The notes under the pieces: generated by a model | The model's input: only the letters and a program-made list of their open reading frames with translations | Told to the model about the DNA's origin: nothing | The model's database searches: none | Shown here: positions 18,659 through 27,263 of the stretch, one piece after another | How the letters are laid out: each line of letters begins with the position of its first letter | Numbering within the stretch: the first letter of the stretch is position 1 | Position numbers and translations under genes: made by a program | Assembly (NCBI GenBank): GCA_002717565.1 | Contig: PBAZ01000021.1 | Span: 28,837-65,040, forward strand | Origin: Chloroflexota bacterium | GTDB taxonomy: Bacteria; Chloroflexota; Dehalococcoidia; Lucifugimonadales; GCA-2717565 | Length of the DNA stretch: 36,204 nucleotides | Reading direction: 5' to 3'

Positions 18659-19420
18659 TTATATAAGCTGGGCTGGTGTGAAAATCCCTTCCATATCTTG
18701 TTCCGTGGCTGGGTCTTCTGCAGTCATATTCAGCTCGGTTTCCATGAACCAATAGATTTGCTTCAGGTGATGTGTACTATGGCTTAGGATTATGTTAAGT
18801 AACTCCAAAACTGTCACTTCACCACCATAGTGGGCAGGTACAACCCGGTCAAAGGCATCTTCATTTTCACTGTTAAGGAACTTCACTATATCTTGTCGCA
18901 CAGTCTCGCCATACTGGCATATCTGGTCTGAAGTTATGACATCGCTCAGCCTCTCCCTAATAGCCTGCATATCATCGGTACTCATACTCCCATGTTCATG
19001 ACTCTTCCAAGCAAGTTCAGGAAACGAGATGATATGTACGATGGAATCCCTGACTCGCTCAGGTCTCCACGGAACGTCTCGTAGGAGTTGATCTGGCGTT
19101 AATTGTTGAGCCGCTCTCATTGCTGCCGATAAGATCAAGTCATACTTTTCAGCCAACCAGCTCGTTCGACCAGAATGCTCTAATGCCGTGGTCAAATTGA
19201 GCGCGGGAATCAGTTTTTTCGGGTAATAACCGATTATCACTTCCGACCCATCTATTATAGTAACGGGCGCAGCCTTAATGCCTCGTGATTCAAGATCTAG
19301 CCGTGCTGGTTCGTCTGTTAAGAGGTCGTGGTGTTCAAAATGAACTCCATTTGATCGTAAGAACTCTTCCAGAGTTCGACAACTGAATCAACCAGGGTTG
19401 GTATAAACGTGTACATCCAT
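18659..19420 (-). CDS. Putative selenoprotein: glutaredoxin/NrdH-like domain (U-F-S-C) fused to DinB/YfiT-like domain, 253 aa
   Basis: ATG at 19420 with GAGGAG RBS. Reads MDVHVYTNPG-TGA(19390-19388)-FSCRTLEEFLRSNGVHFEHHDLLTDEPARLDLESRGIKAAPVTIIDGSEVIIGYYPKKL, in frame with track ORF 18659..19240. C-terminal domain has DinB-type His pattern (SIVH...HSTHH). Confidence 0.85.
19361..19377 (-). promoter_or_regulatory. Candidate bacterial SECIS hairpin
   Basis: mRNA GAACUCU-GGA-AGAGUUC is a perfect 7-bp stem with a G-starting loop. The stem begins 11 nt and the loop 18 nt 3' of the in-frame UGA. Lower pairing GUUGU/ACGAU is also possible. Confidence 0.7.
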
Positions 19421-19507
19421 TTTGTAAGCTCCTCACTATATAACTTTCACAATTCGTATCCGCTAGACCACTATTAATTACTTGTGGTCATAATATAACA
19501 GTCAGTG

Positions 19508-20422
19508 TTAGGGCAGATCACCGGCGTCGGGGTCGGATAATTCCTCTGACACATTTAAATAGGAATTATATTCATACTCGTTTGCTGCTTTATCGATAAT
19601 ATCTTTAGCCTCTTGATTATTTTCGGCTATACGATCGAGAGTCTTTTTTAGAGCTGCAGACTCCTTTACCCCCAATTCTCTAAGCTCTCCAAGATCGAGT
19701 GATAGTCCGCACATGTCTTTGAGACGACGCATAATATCGTAGTATGCTCTGTGATCTGTGTTTATCCCAACTTGTCTGTTTTTCTGCGTAGTGAATGGGT
19801 ACATTGGAGCCATCGCACCAATGCGTAACACTTGATTTTGTGGGTACTTATAATGGGCCAGATTTACCAGAGCCATTCCAATCGTAGGTCCTTGTCGGCC
19901 TGTACTACCGTAGTTTGAATATTGAAAGGCGTAATTATCAAGATCTTCTCTCATTTTCGGGTCACTGTAGACACAGCTAACCCGCCGCTCTAGTTCCGGA
20001 GGAGCAGGCCCGTTATACCCCTCTATAGTAATCGTTCTCGTGACCCCTAAACGATTGATGGCTTCAAAGAACGCCTCACCATATCGTTCGATGTCGTACC
20101 AAGGCTCATTACCTCTGAATATGAGGAGACCGTCGCCTGCGTCGTAAAAGGAATTCTCCCAGGTTGGAGGTGAAGAAGGTAGTCCGTCCTCAAATGATAC
20201 CCTCGGTCGAAAAATGTCGTGAGTTCCGGCTATATGGAACGGAAAACAGATGTGTCCAATTTCAGTACTCATCTCACCAATCTTTTTGGCACCTGTCTTA
20301 TTGATTAAATAGCGAGACAAACCACTTGATATATCCCCACCGTCAGACCATTGCCTACGCCACCCAGCTATCAGATAATTGGCTTTAGGTATCTCAGTAA
20401 AGTGACAATATTTCTCGTCCAT
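19508..20422 (-). CDS. PAC2 (proteasome assembly chaperone-like) family protein
   Basis: LIAGWRRQWSDGGDISS, FRPRVSFEDG, LIFRGNEP, acidic helical C-terminus. Confidence 0.7.
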   Translation of the reverse strand: MDEKYCHFTEIPKANYLIAGWRRQWSDGGDISSGLSRYLINKTGAKKIGEMSTEIGHICFPFHIAGTHDIFRPRVSFEDGLPSSPPTWENSFYDAGDGLLIFRGNEPWYDIERYGEAFFEAINRLGVTRTITIEGYNGPAPPELERRVSCVYSDPKMREDLDNYAFQYSNYGSTGRQGPTIGMALVNLAHYKYPQNQVLRIGAMAPMYPFTTQKNRQVGINTDHRAYYDIMRRLKDMCGLSLDLGELRELGVKESAALKKTLDRIAENNQEAKDIIDKAANEYEYNSYLNVSEELSDPDAGDLP

Positions 20423-20529
20423 TGTTTAACTTCTCGTTCGTAACTAAATATTGAGGTTGTTAGTCTTGATACACATTTCTGGTATTATACACCTTATCTA
20501 AATCTGCTTTGTTTATGACAGGAGGACAT

Positions 20530-21312
20530 ATGGCCTCGGTGGGACGACTCTCCGGAAAAGTAGCGTTGATAACCGGAGCAAGTAGTGGACTCAGCGGTTC
20601 ATTGATGGGATTTGGTGGCGCCGCAGCAAGGCTATTTGCTGACGAAGGGTGCAGTGTAGTCCTGACAGATATAAAAGACGAGGACGGCATAAACACCGCG
20701 AAGCAAATCCGAGATCTCGGCGGTACGGCAACCTACCACCATCTGGATGTTACCAAAGAAGAAGACTGGATTACTATTCTCAGGGAGACGGTAGACAGTT
20801 ACAACAAGATAGACATTCTCGTAAACAACGCTGGCAGTAGCGCTCGCTACACTATAGAGGAAACGACTTCCGAAACCTGGCAGGCTCAAATGGATATCCA
20901 TGGCAAGGGTGTGTTTCTTGGTACAAAACACGTCATTCCCTACCTGCGGCAAAATGGTGGCGGGTCCATAATCAATATTTCATCAATATACGGAATGATT
21001 GGGTCACCTTCGTCTACGGCGTATCATATTGCGAAGGGGGCGTCTCGCCTCTTTACAAAATCGGCAGCAATCCAATACGCTTCAGAAAACATAAGGGTGA
21101 ACTCCATACATCCAGGATTCGCATTCACGCCATTGACCGAAGTGAATTATTCCAAACCTGACTTACAGGAATGGGTGCTGGATCGGATACCTCTGGGGCG
21201 CATGGGAGAAGCTATGGAAATTGCGTATGGGATTCTCTACCTTGCGTCAGACGAAGCATCATTCGTCACGGGTTCTGAGCTAGTGATAGACGGCGGAACT
21301 ACCGCTCAATGA
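20530..21312 (+). CDS. Classical SDR oxidoreductase (3alpha,20beta-HSD/cyclopentanol dehydrogenase-like)
   Basis: LSGKVALITGA, DILVNNAG, INISS, YHIAK, IRVNSIHPG, ASFVTGSELVIDGG; ATG 20530 after AGGAGG. Confidence 0.93.
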   Translation: MASVGRLSGKVALITGASSGLSGSLMGFGGAAARLFADEGCSVVLTDIKDEDGINTAKQIRDLGGTATYHHLDVTKEEDWITILRETVDSYNKIDILVNNAGSSARYTIEETTSETWQAQMDIHGKGVFLGTKHVIPYLRQNGGGSIINISSIYGMIGSPSSTAYHIAKGASRLFTKSAAIQYASENIRVNSIHPGFAFTPLTEVNYSKPDLQEWVLDRIPLGRMGEAMEIAYGILYLASDEASFVTGSELVIDGGTTAQ

Positions 21313-21314
21313 TC

Positions 21315-23369
21315 CTACCGTGGAAATGCTTCCTTGACACCACCATCCACTGGGATCATTGCTCCTGTTGTTCTGGATGAGCGCTCTGATGCCAAGAAAA
21401 GCACGGTTTCAGCAACATCCTGCGCTCTAACCTGGCGTTTTAAGAGAGTCCTGTCATGGTAAAAGGCTTCCAGCCCGTCTACCGTAACTCCGTGCGCTGC
21501 AGCTCTTTCTTCACGCAACTCGGTGGACCATAGCTGTGAGCCTTCAAATATAGCATCAGGGTTGACGACATTAACCCGAATTCCATTAGCACCTGTCTCC
21601 AAAGCTAACACCCTCGCCAGCTGCACTTCCGCGGCCTTGGATACGCTATAAGCTCCAAATTCAGCTCCAGGCGCAGGGACATTCTTGGTTCCAATGAACA
21701 CCAAACTTCCACCTCGGTTCTGTTCTTTCAGGATTTGAATGGCCTTAGCGGCTACTAAGAAATGACCAGTCGTGTTGATATCTAGGGAACGCTGCCAGTC
21801 AGATAGTTCCAGTTTATCAATTGCCCCTACAGGAGCTATCCCTGCATTGGATACGATAATATCTATACCACCATATTGAAGGCGCGTTTGCTCAAATGCG
21901 GCCGCCACTGAATTGGGGTCGCTTACGTCTAATGAAAGGCCGATGGCTCTGTCAAAACCATTCGCGGTTACTATGTCGGCCGCCACTGATTCCGCTGCGT
22001 TACCGGCAATGTCAGTCACGACAACATGTGCACCCTCGCTAGCCAGGCGCTCTGCAATAGCCTTCCCTATACCGCTGGCCGCCCCAGTTACTAATGCTAC
22101 TTTCCTTGCAAGCTCCTTCTCTGGCGGTGCCATTGTTAGTTTATACAGTTCTAGAGGCCAATATTCGGCATCGTAAACATCCTGTGGGGTTAGTGAACTA
22201 TACTGGCTTATCGCTTGAGCTCCACCCATTACATTGATGGTGTGATGGTATATATCCGAAACTATTCTCGCGGCGTGGGCATCGCGACCGGTTGTCCACA
22301 TTCCGACTCCTGGCATGAGGATCACGCGTGGATAGGGATCCAACATGGGGTGTTCTCCTGACGTATGTTTCTCATACCAAGACGTATAATCTGTAACGTA
22401 CTGGTCCATAGCATCATCTATTAATCCCTTGATATCCTCTAGATCGTTCACATCAACCGGATCGACCCACAGTGGCCGGCGCTTTGTATGTATGAGATGA
22501 TCCGGAGTAGCGGGGCCAATTGCGCTTAACCTTTTACCTTCTTCGCTACTTAGAAAAGTCAACACAGACTCGGATGCATCGTATTTGAGTACCATCCCTT
22601 GTCTCTCTGAGACTAACCCGCGAATGTATGGACCGATATCGCTAGCAAGCTTCCTTCTATGTTCATCGCCATTCTTACTAGGCAAAACTGACCCAAATAC
22701 AGATTTGCGACCCTTAGCGATGTATTCTTCTGCCTTGTTCACAAGTGATATATGCTTGTCGTAAGCCTCTTTCGTATCACTGCCCCAAGTGAATAAACCA
22801 TGGTTCATGAGAACCACTCCGTCCAGAGCTGGTGCTTCTTTAACCGCCAGTCCGACCAATTTGCTTAGCTTAAAGCCTGGTCGATAGTAATCCACAACCG
22901 CGATTTTGTCTCCGTACACATCGGCTAAGACTGAACTAGAGTCGTGATTATTAGTCAGCGAAACTACCGCATCAGCGTGCGAATGTGCCACACTCATAAA
23001 CGGTAAAAATGCGTGTAACAGGGTTTCTATTGATGGTCTAGGAGACTCTCCATCCATTAGACATCGTTCTAGGTAAGCGACCATATCTTCATCGGACATG
23101 TCCTCTCGGTCAAAAAGTGGCATGATGTTGTCATGATTAAGTCGCGGAAATTGTGCCCGGTGCATAGATTTCATATCTGATCCAGAGCCCTTTATCCACA
23201 TAGCAGGAGCTTCATTCCCCATGAAATCTTTCTCAATAATTTTAATCGACGTGTTCCCACCTCCCCAAACCACAAGAGAGGTGTCTGCCCCAATTAGGTT
23301 AGTCATATAGACGAGCTTATCTAGCTCATCGAGTCCATCAGCTTTTGTTGGGTCCCATAGGTTCTCCAT
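21315..23369 (-). CDS. Bifunctional class II aldolase / SDR (rhamnulose-1-phosphate aldolase/dehydrogenase-like)
   Basis: GGGNTSIK, KGSGSDM, RPSIETLLH, HSHAD, NHGL, PATPDH, EYWPLELYKL, then TGAASGIG, SNAG, YSVSK, VNPDA; RBS GGAG. Confidence 0.92.
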   Translation of the reverse strand: MENLWDPTKADGLDELDKLVYMTNLIGADTSLVVWGGGNTSIKIIEKDFMGNEAPAMWIKGSGSDMKSMHRAQFPRLNHDNIMPLFDREDMSDEDMVAYLERCLMDGESPRPSIETLLHAFLPFMSVAHSHADAVVSLTNNHDSSSVLADVYGDKIAVVDYYRPGFKLSKLVGLAVKEAPALDGVVLMNHGLFTWGSDTKEAYDKHISLVNKAEEYIAKGRKSVFGSVLPSKNGDEHRRKLASDIGPYIRGLVSERQGMVLKYDASESVLTFLSSEEGKRLSAIGPATPDHLIHTKRRPLWVDPVDVNDLEDIKGLIDDAMDQYVTDYTSWYEKHTSGEHPMLDPYPRVILMPGVGMWTTGRDAHAARIVSDIYHHTINVMGGAQAISQYSSLTPQDVYDAEYWPLELYKLTMAPPEKELARKVALVTGAASGIGKAIAERLASEGAHVVVTDIAGNAAESVAADIVTANGFDRAIGLSLDVSDPNSVAAAFEQTRLQYGGIDIIVSNAGIAPVGAIDKLELSDWQRSLDINTTGHFLVAAKAIQILKEQNRGGSLVFIGTKNVPAPGAEFGAYSVSKAAEVQLARVLALETGANGIRVNVVNPDAIFEGSQLWSTELREERAAAHGVTVDGLEAFYHDRTLLKRQVRAQDVAETVLFLASERSSRTTGAMIPVDGGVKEAFPR

Positions 23370-23393
23370 TAATCGTAGGCTCCTAATCGTTTT

Positions 23394-24767
23394 TCATTTT
23401 TGTATAACAAGGCTACTAACCAAACTGGACAGATCTCGCTGCGTATCTAGTGTCCACCACTGACTAATAATTTTATTGGCTTGCGATTCGTTTAGATAGA
23501 TATCCGTTTGCTCTCTGAATTTGTTTTCCACTTCGACGTCACTCATAGCGTTACTGGGATGCCCCTTGTGATAACCCAGCTCTGCATAGTGCTCAACCCC
23601 AGAATCCATACGAATTAATACTTTACTTACACGCTTCTCGGGAAACAATTGCGTCGCGCTCTCATCTGATACAACGTTTATCTTCTTCATTAATTCTCTG
23701 ACTGTTTCATCACCTAAGTACCCATCGGAGAAATAATCATCGTTTATTTCTCCGAACAATAACATTATCGCGACACAATACGGTAGACTATGATCCGCTG
23801 TTTCCCTGTTGAGCGGGCTCCATTTTTCGCGTACATCCGCCATTACATTCACTCCAAATTGGAAAGTGCGCACCTCAACTTCGGAAATCTTGTGGATCGA
23901 ATCAATATCAGATCGTAGTTCTAAAATGCATTCTAACGCAGTTTGGGCAACTGATCCTACTGCGAAATGCTTCATGCTTGCCTGCATGATGCGAAACGGT
24001 TCTTCTTTGCCACCAAACTTTCCTAGTTCGAACTCACCAGATATTCCGTGGAAAAAACCTCTAGGACCGTCAAAGATATTTAACGGACCAGTCATACCTT
24101 GCTTCGCTAGAGATGCCGAGAAAACACCATTGCGAACTCCGTTGGCAGCCGCGCAACCTTTCCACATTGACACTTCCCCAAAACGGACTTCACCTAGGGT
24201 TATGTTCGACGCAGTTGTAAGAGCGATAGCATTGGCGGTTTCGTCCTGAGACAAACCCATTACTTTACATGCGGAGCACGTAGAGGCAATTGCTATGGCT
24301 ATGGATTGATCAAATCCGTAGTCGCGAAACGGTACTCGGTCAGCCAATCTAGCATAGATTTCCCATGCGATAACAGAACCTAACAGGACTTCCTTCCCCG
24401 TTACTCTCTCTTGTTCGGCAACAGACAGTGCGGATGGGAACGCATCACTCGGGTGGCCGCTCTCTTTCGCCTCCGGACCTTGATAAAAATCGTTGAAGTC
24501 CAAATACCGGACCATCGAGCTGTTCACAAAAGCTGCCATCTCAGCAGTAGTTTGTTGCTGACCCCATAGTACTGTGGCCGGTGACTTTGAGCTGCTCATT
24601 TCTGCTAGGGCGACGCCAATTTGAACGGGTGGACTACTGAATGCTCTGGGAGTACATGCCAACGTATCTAACCATAGCCGTTTGGTTTGGTGAGTAATAT
24701 CGGCGGGCAGATCCTCATACGTAATGTCGCTAACGTATTGGCTGATATGACTTAACACTTTGTCCAA
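23394..24767 (-). CDS. MmgE/PrpD family protein (2-methylcitrate dehydratase-like)
   Basis: AAFVNSSMVRYLDFND, GHPSD, SMWKGCAAA, GMTGP, RETADHSLPY, KGHPSNAMS; TTG start. Confidence 0.9.
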   Translation of the reverse strand: MDKVLSHISQYVSDITYEDLPADITHQTKRLWLDTLACTPRAFSSPPVQIGVALAEMSSSKSPATVLWGQQQTTAEMAAFVNSSMVRYLDFNDFYQGPEAKESGHPSDAFPSALSVAEQERVTGKEVLLGSVIAWEIYARLADRVPFRDYGFDQSIAIAIASTCSACKVMGLSQDETANAIALTTASNITLGEVRFGEVSMWKGCAAANGVRNGVFSASLAKQGMTGPLNIFDGPRGFFHGISGEFELGKFGGKEEPFRIMQASMKHFAVGSVAQTALECILELRSDIDSIHKISEVEVRTFQFGVNVMADVREKWSPLNRETADHSLPYCVAIMLLFGEINDDYFSDGYLGDETVRELMKKINVVSDESATQLFPEKRVSKVLIRMDSGVEHYAELGYHKGHPSNAMSDVEVENKFREQTDIYLNESQANKIISQWWTLDTQRDLSSLVSSLVIQK

Positions 24768-24808
24768 CTTACACCTACCAAGATAATGAGTGAATATCCT
24801 TGTCGGCT

Positions 24809-25651
24809 CTAATTTTCCCTTGTAGATTCAGCTAATGGTTCGTCTATTATCGCTAGGGCATCCTCCACATACGGCCAGCCGCGATACCAACCTGCCTGCG
24901 ACACTAATTCACAGACTTCCCGTTGTGTTAGGGATCCATTCAAACAACGACGAACATGTTCACCAAACTGGTGCCAGTGGCCTCGGCACATCAATGCAAC
25001 CAATATACAGGCCATCCGCTCTTTTGTACTCAAGTCACTTCTACGCCACACTTCGCCGTATTCATACGACTCAATCAAACGATGCAATTCCGGTATAAAC
25101 TGCTCTTCCAGAGAATCTAATCTGGATAGAACGACGCCACTATCCATGTTACTCGTTATTACACACTGGGCGTGCTGAAACTTTTTTTCGACAGAATCCA
25201 GCCAATCCGCCTTTAGTGGCATACGGTCTTCCGATATCCACTCAGTGCGTTCATTAATGACCCGTTGTGCCTGACTCAACGCGAACACCGTTGCTGGAAT
25301 TCCTGCATAAAACATAAGTTGTAGAAACAGACCTTTAATTTTTTGCGGGCTCATACCCAGCGACAATCCAACCCGCACCTGATGATGCAGGCCAAACCCC
25401 CACCCATTGCAACATTGCGCGGAAATTGTAGCAATACTCCGCAATGTAACGTCCAATCCTGGGACTTGCCAAACACCACCCCACATAACTTCATCTTGAA
25501 GCTTTACATAGTCTGTGCTGATACTTGGCAATGCACCAGTGAGACGTCCTTCTGGCACAAACCGGTCTATAAAGCTCTTTAACTGCTGAGACGCGGTAAA
25601 CAATTCATGGGAGGTGATATTAATCGGCATAACAAACTCGAATAGCCTCAA
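24809..25651 (-). CDS. Double carboxymuconolactone-decarboxylase (CMD)-domain protein, paralog B
   Basis: Two PcaC-like repeats: WGGVWQVPGLDVTLRS...QLMFYAGIPA and YGEVWRRSDLSTKER...QAGWYRGWP; exact start uncertain. Confidence 0.8.
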   Translation of the reverse strand: MRLFEFVMPINITSHELFTASQQLKSFIDRFVPEGRLTGALPSISTDYVKLQDEVMWGGVWQVPGLDVTLRSIATISAQCCNGWGFGLHHQVRVGLSLGMSPQKIKGLFLQLMFYAGIPATVFALSQAQRVINERTEWISEDRMPLKADWLDSVEKKFQHAQCVITSNMDSGVVLSRLDSLEEQFIPELHRLIESYEYGEVWRRSDLSTKERMACILVALMCRGHWHQFGEHVRRCLNGSLTQREVCELVSQAGWYRGWPYVEDALAIIDEPLAESTREN

Positions 25652-25659
25652 CCATAATA

Positions 25660-26460
25660 TTATTTATCTCCGGTGTTCGAGTCTAATAGAATATCCGACA
25701 CGGCGCGGAGAGCATCTTGTACGTATGGCCAACCCCTATACCAACCCGCTTGAGAGAACACCCCGCACACCTCCCTTGCCGATACTCCTGAGTTAAGAGC
25801 GTATTGGGTGTATTGCCTCAATTGAGCCATATGCCCTCGACACATCAACGCGGACAAGACACAAACCAAGCGCTCTTTGTTGGAGAGTATATTTCTTCGC
25901 CATACCTCCCCGAAATTATAGGCATCAACGATCTGCGAAGCTTCGGGTACGAGGCGCCGCGCGATGGAATTGCCGATTTCCTCAGCTGAGCCGGCTCCCC
26001 AAGTCTCTGACATTCTTTGGTGGCCTGCCTTCAATTTATCGGCAATTGAGGGCATCCATTCCCATGTCTCTGCGGTATCAAGATCTTTCCATTCTTGTCT
26101 TTCATTTATAACTTTCTGGGACTCCAGCAATCCAAAGACAGTCGCGGGAATCCCTGCGTAGAACAACAATTGAATGAAAATCTCCTTGATCTCAGGAGGT
26201 GTGATTCCAATAGTTAAGCCAGTCCTAACCTGGTGTTCAATCCCAAAGTCATATCCGTTAACACATTGGGCAGATATTGTGGCGAAACTTTTCAGTCGGA
26301 GGTCCAGATCTTCTGTTTGCCAGACCCCGCCCCACATGAGTTCATGCTGAATCTTTACAAAATCTGACAATACAGGCTCGGGCCTTTCATATGGAAGATA
26401 TTGGTCGAAAAACCCCCTTAATTTCGCGGATTTGGCCTGCAATTCATTTACTGTACTCAT
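25660..26460 (-). CDS. Double CMD-domain protein, paralog A
   Basis: WGGVWQTEDLDLRLKS...QLLFYAGIPA and FGEVWRRNILSNKER...QAGWYRGWP; RBS GGAGGA. Confidence 0.82.
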   Translation of the reverse strand: MSTVNELQAKSAKLRGFFDQYLPYERPEPVLSDFVKIQHELMWGGVWQTEDLDLRLKSFATISAQCVNGYDFGIEHQVRTGLTIGITPPEIKEIFIQLLFYAGIPATVFGLLESQKVINERQEWKDLDTAETWEWMPSIADKLKAGHQRMSETWGAGSAEEIGNSIARRLVPEASQIVDAYNFGEVWRRNILSNKERLVCVLSALMCRGHMAQLRQYTQYALNSGVSAREVCGVFSQAGWYRGWPYVQDALRAVSDILLDSNTGDK

Positions 26461-26486
26461 CCGTTCCTCCTATGAAAGATCTGTAG

Positions 26487-27263
26487 TTAAACCACAGGGT
26501 TACTCAATCTACCGATACCAGCGATTTCCACTTCAACTGTGTCCCCTGGATTTAATTGTTCAACTGCACCTGGAGCTCCTGTCAAAATCAAATCACCTGG
26601 ATAAAGTGTCACAAACTCACTGATCCGACTGACTGTTTCATAGCAGTTATAGATCATACCCGACGTCTCTCCGGTGTCGTGCACGGATTCATTTAAAATT
26701 GTGGTGATTTGAGTTTTGTGCGGGTCCAAATCAGTCTCAATCCAAGGTCCGACAGGGCCGAAGGTATCGGTGCATTTTCTCCGCCAATTAGACAAATCTT
26801 TTGACCATTCGCCTTCACCGCTGACATCGTTCGCACAGGTGTACCCAAATATGTAGTCGGGTGCGTTGAGGGCATCCACGTGCTTAGCTCGCTTCCCAAT
26901 TACCACGGCGAGTTCACCTTCATAGTGAACATAGTCCGCGTCAGACGGAAGTTCGATCTTAGATCCCGTACTGATAATGCAGCTCGTTCCTTTCTGCCAT
27001 GGCCTAAACTCCTGCGCGTCCCTTTGAATACGATCTGTATCCAAAGCCTGTTCTTGATGGGCGATATGCGCGGCGTAATTCAACCCCACAGCCCAGAAAC
27101 TTCTGGGTTCACAGGGCACCAGAAGTTTTACTTCGCCTAAGTCATACGACGTATTTGTGACCACATAATCACCGTATACGTTCCCATCTATCAAATAGAC
27201 AGAATCTCCCTCCACGAGTCCATAGGAAACGCTTCCCTCAACTGAAACTCTGCAAATCTTCAT
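26487..27263 (-). CDS. Fumarylacetoacetate hydrolase family protein
   Basis: AVGLNYAAH, HYEGELAVVIGK, GYTCANDVS, DTFGPVGPWI, LYPGDLILTGAP, GIGRLSNPV; 4-nt overlap with the GMC gene. Confidence 0.93.
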   Translation of the reverse strand: MKICRVSVEGSVSYGLVEGDSVYLIDGNVYGDYVVTNTSYDLGEVKLLVPCEPRSFWAVGLNYAAHIAHQEQALDTDRIQRDAQEFRPWQKGTSCIISTGSKIELPSDADYVHYEGELAVVIGKRAKHVDALNAPDYIFGYTCANDVSGEGEWSKDLSNWRRKCTDTFGPVGPWIETDLDPHKTQITTILNESVHDTGETSGMIYNCYETVSRISEFVTLYPGDLILTGAPGAVEQLNPGDTVEVEIAGIGRLSNPVV

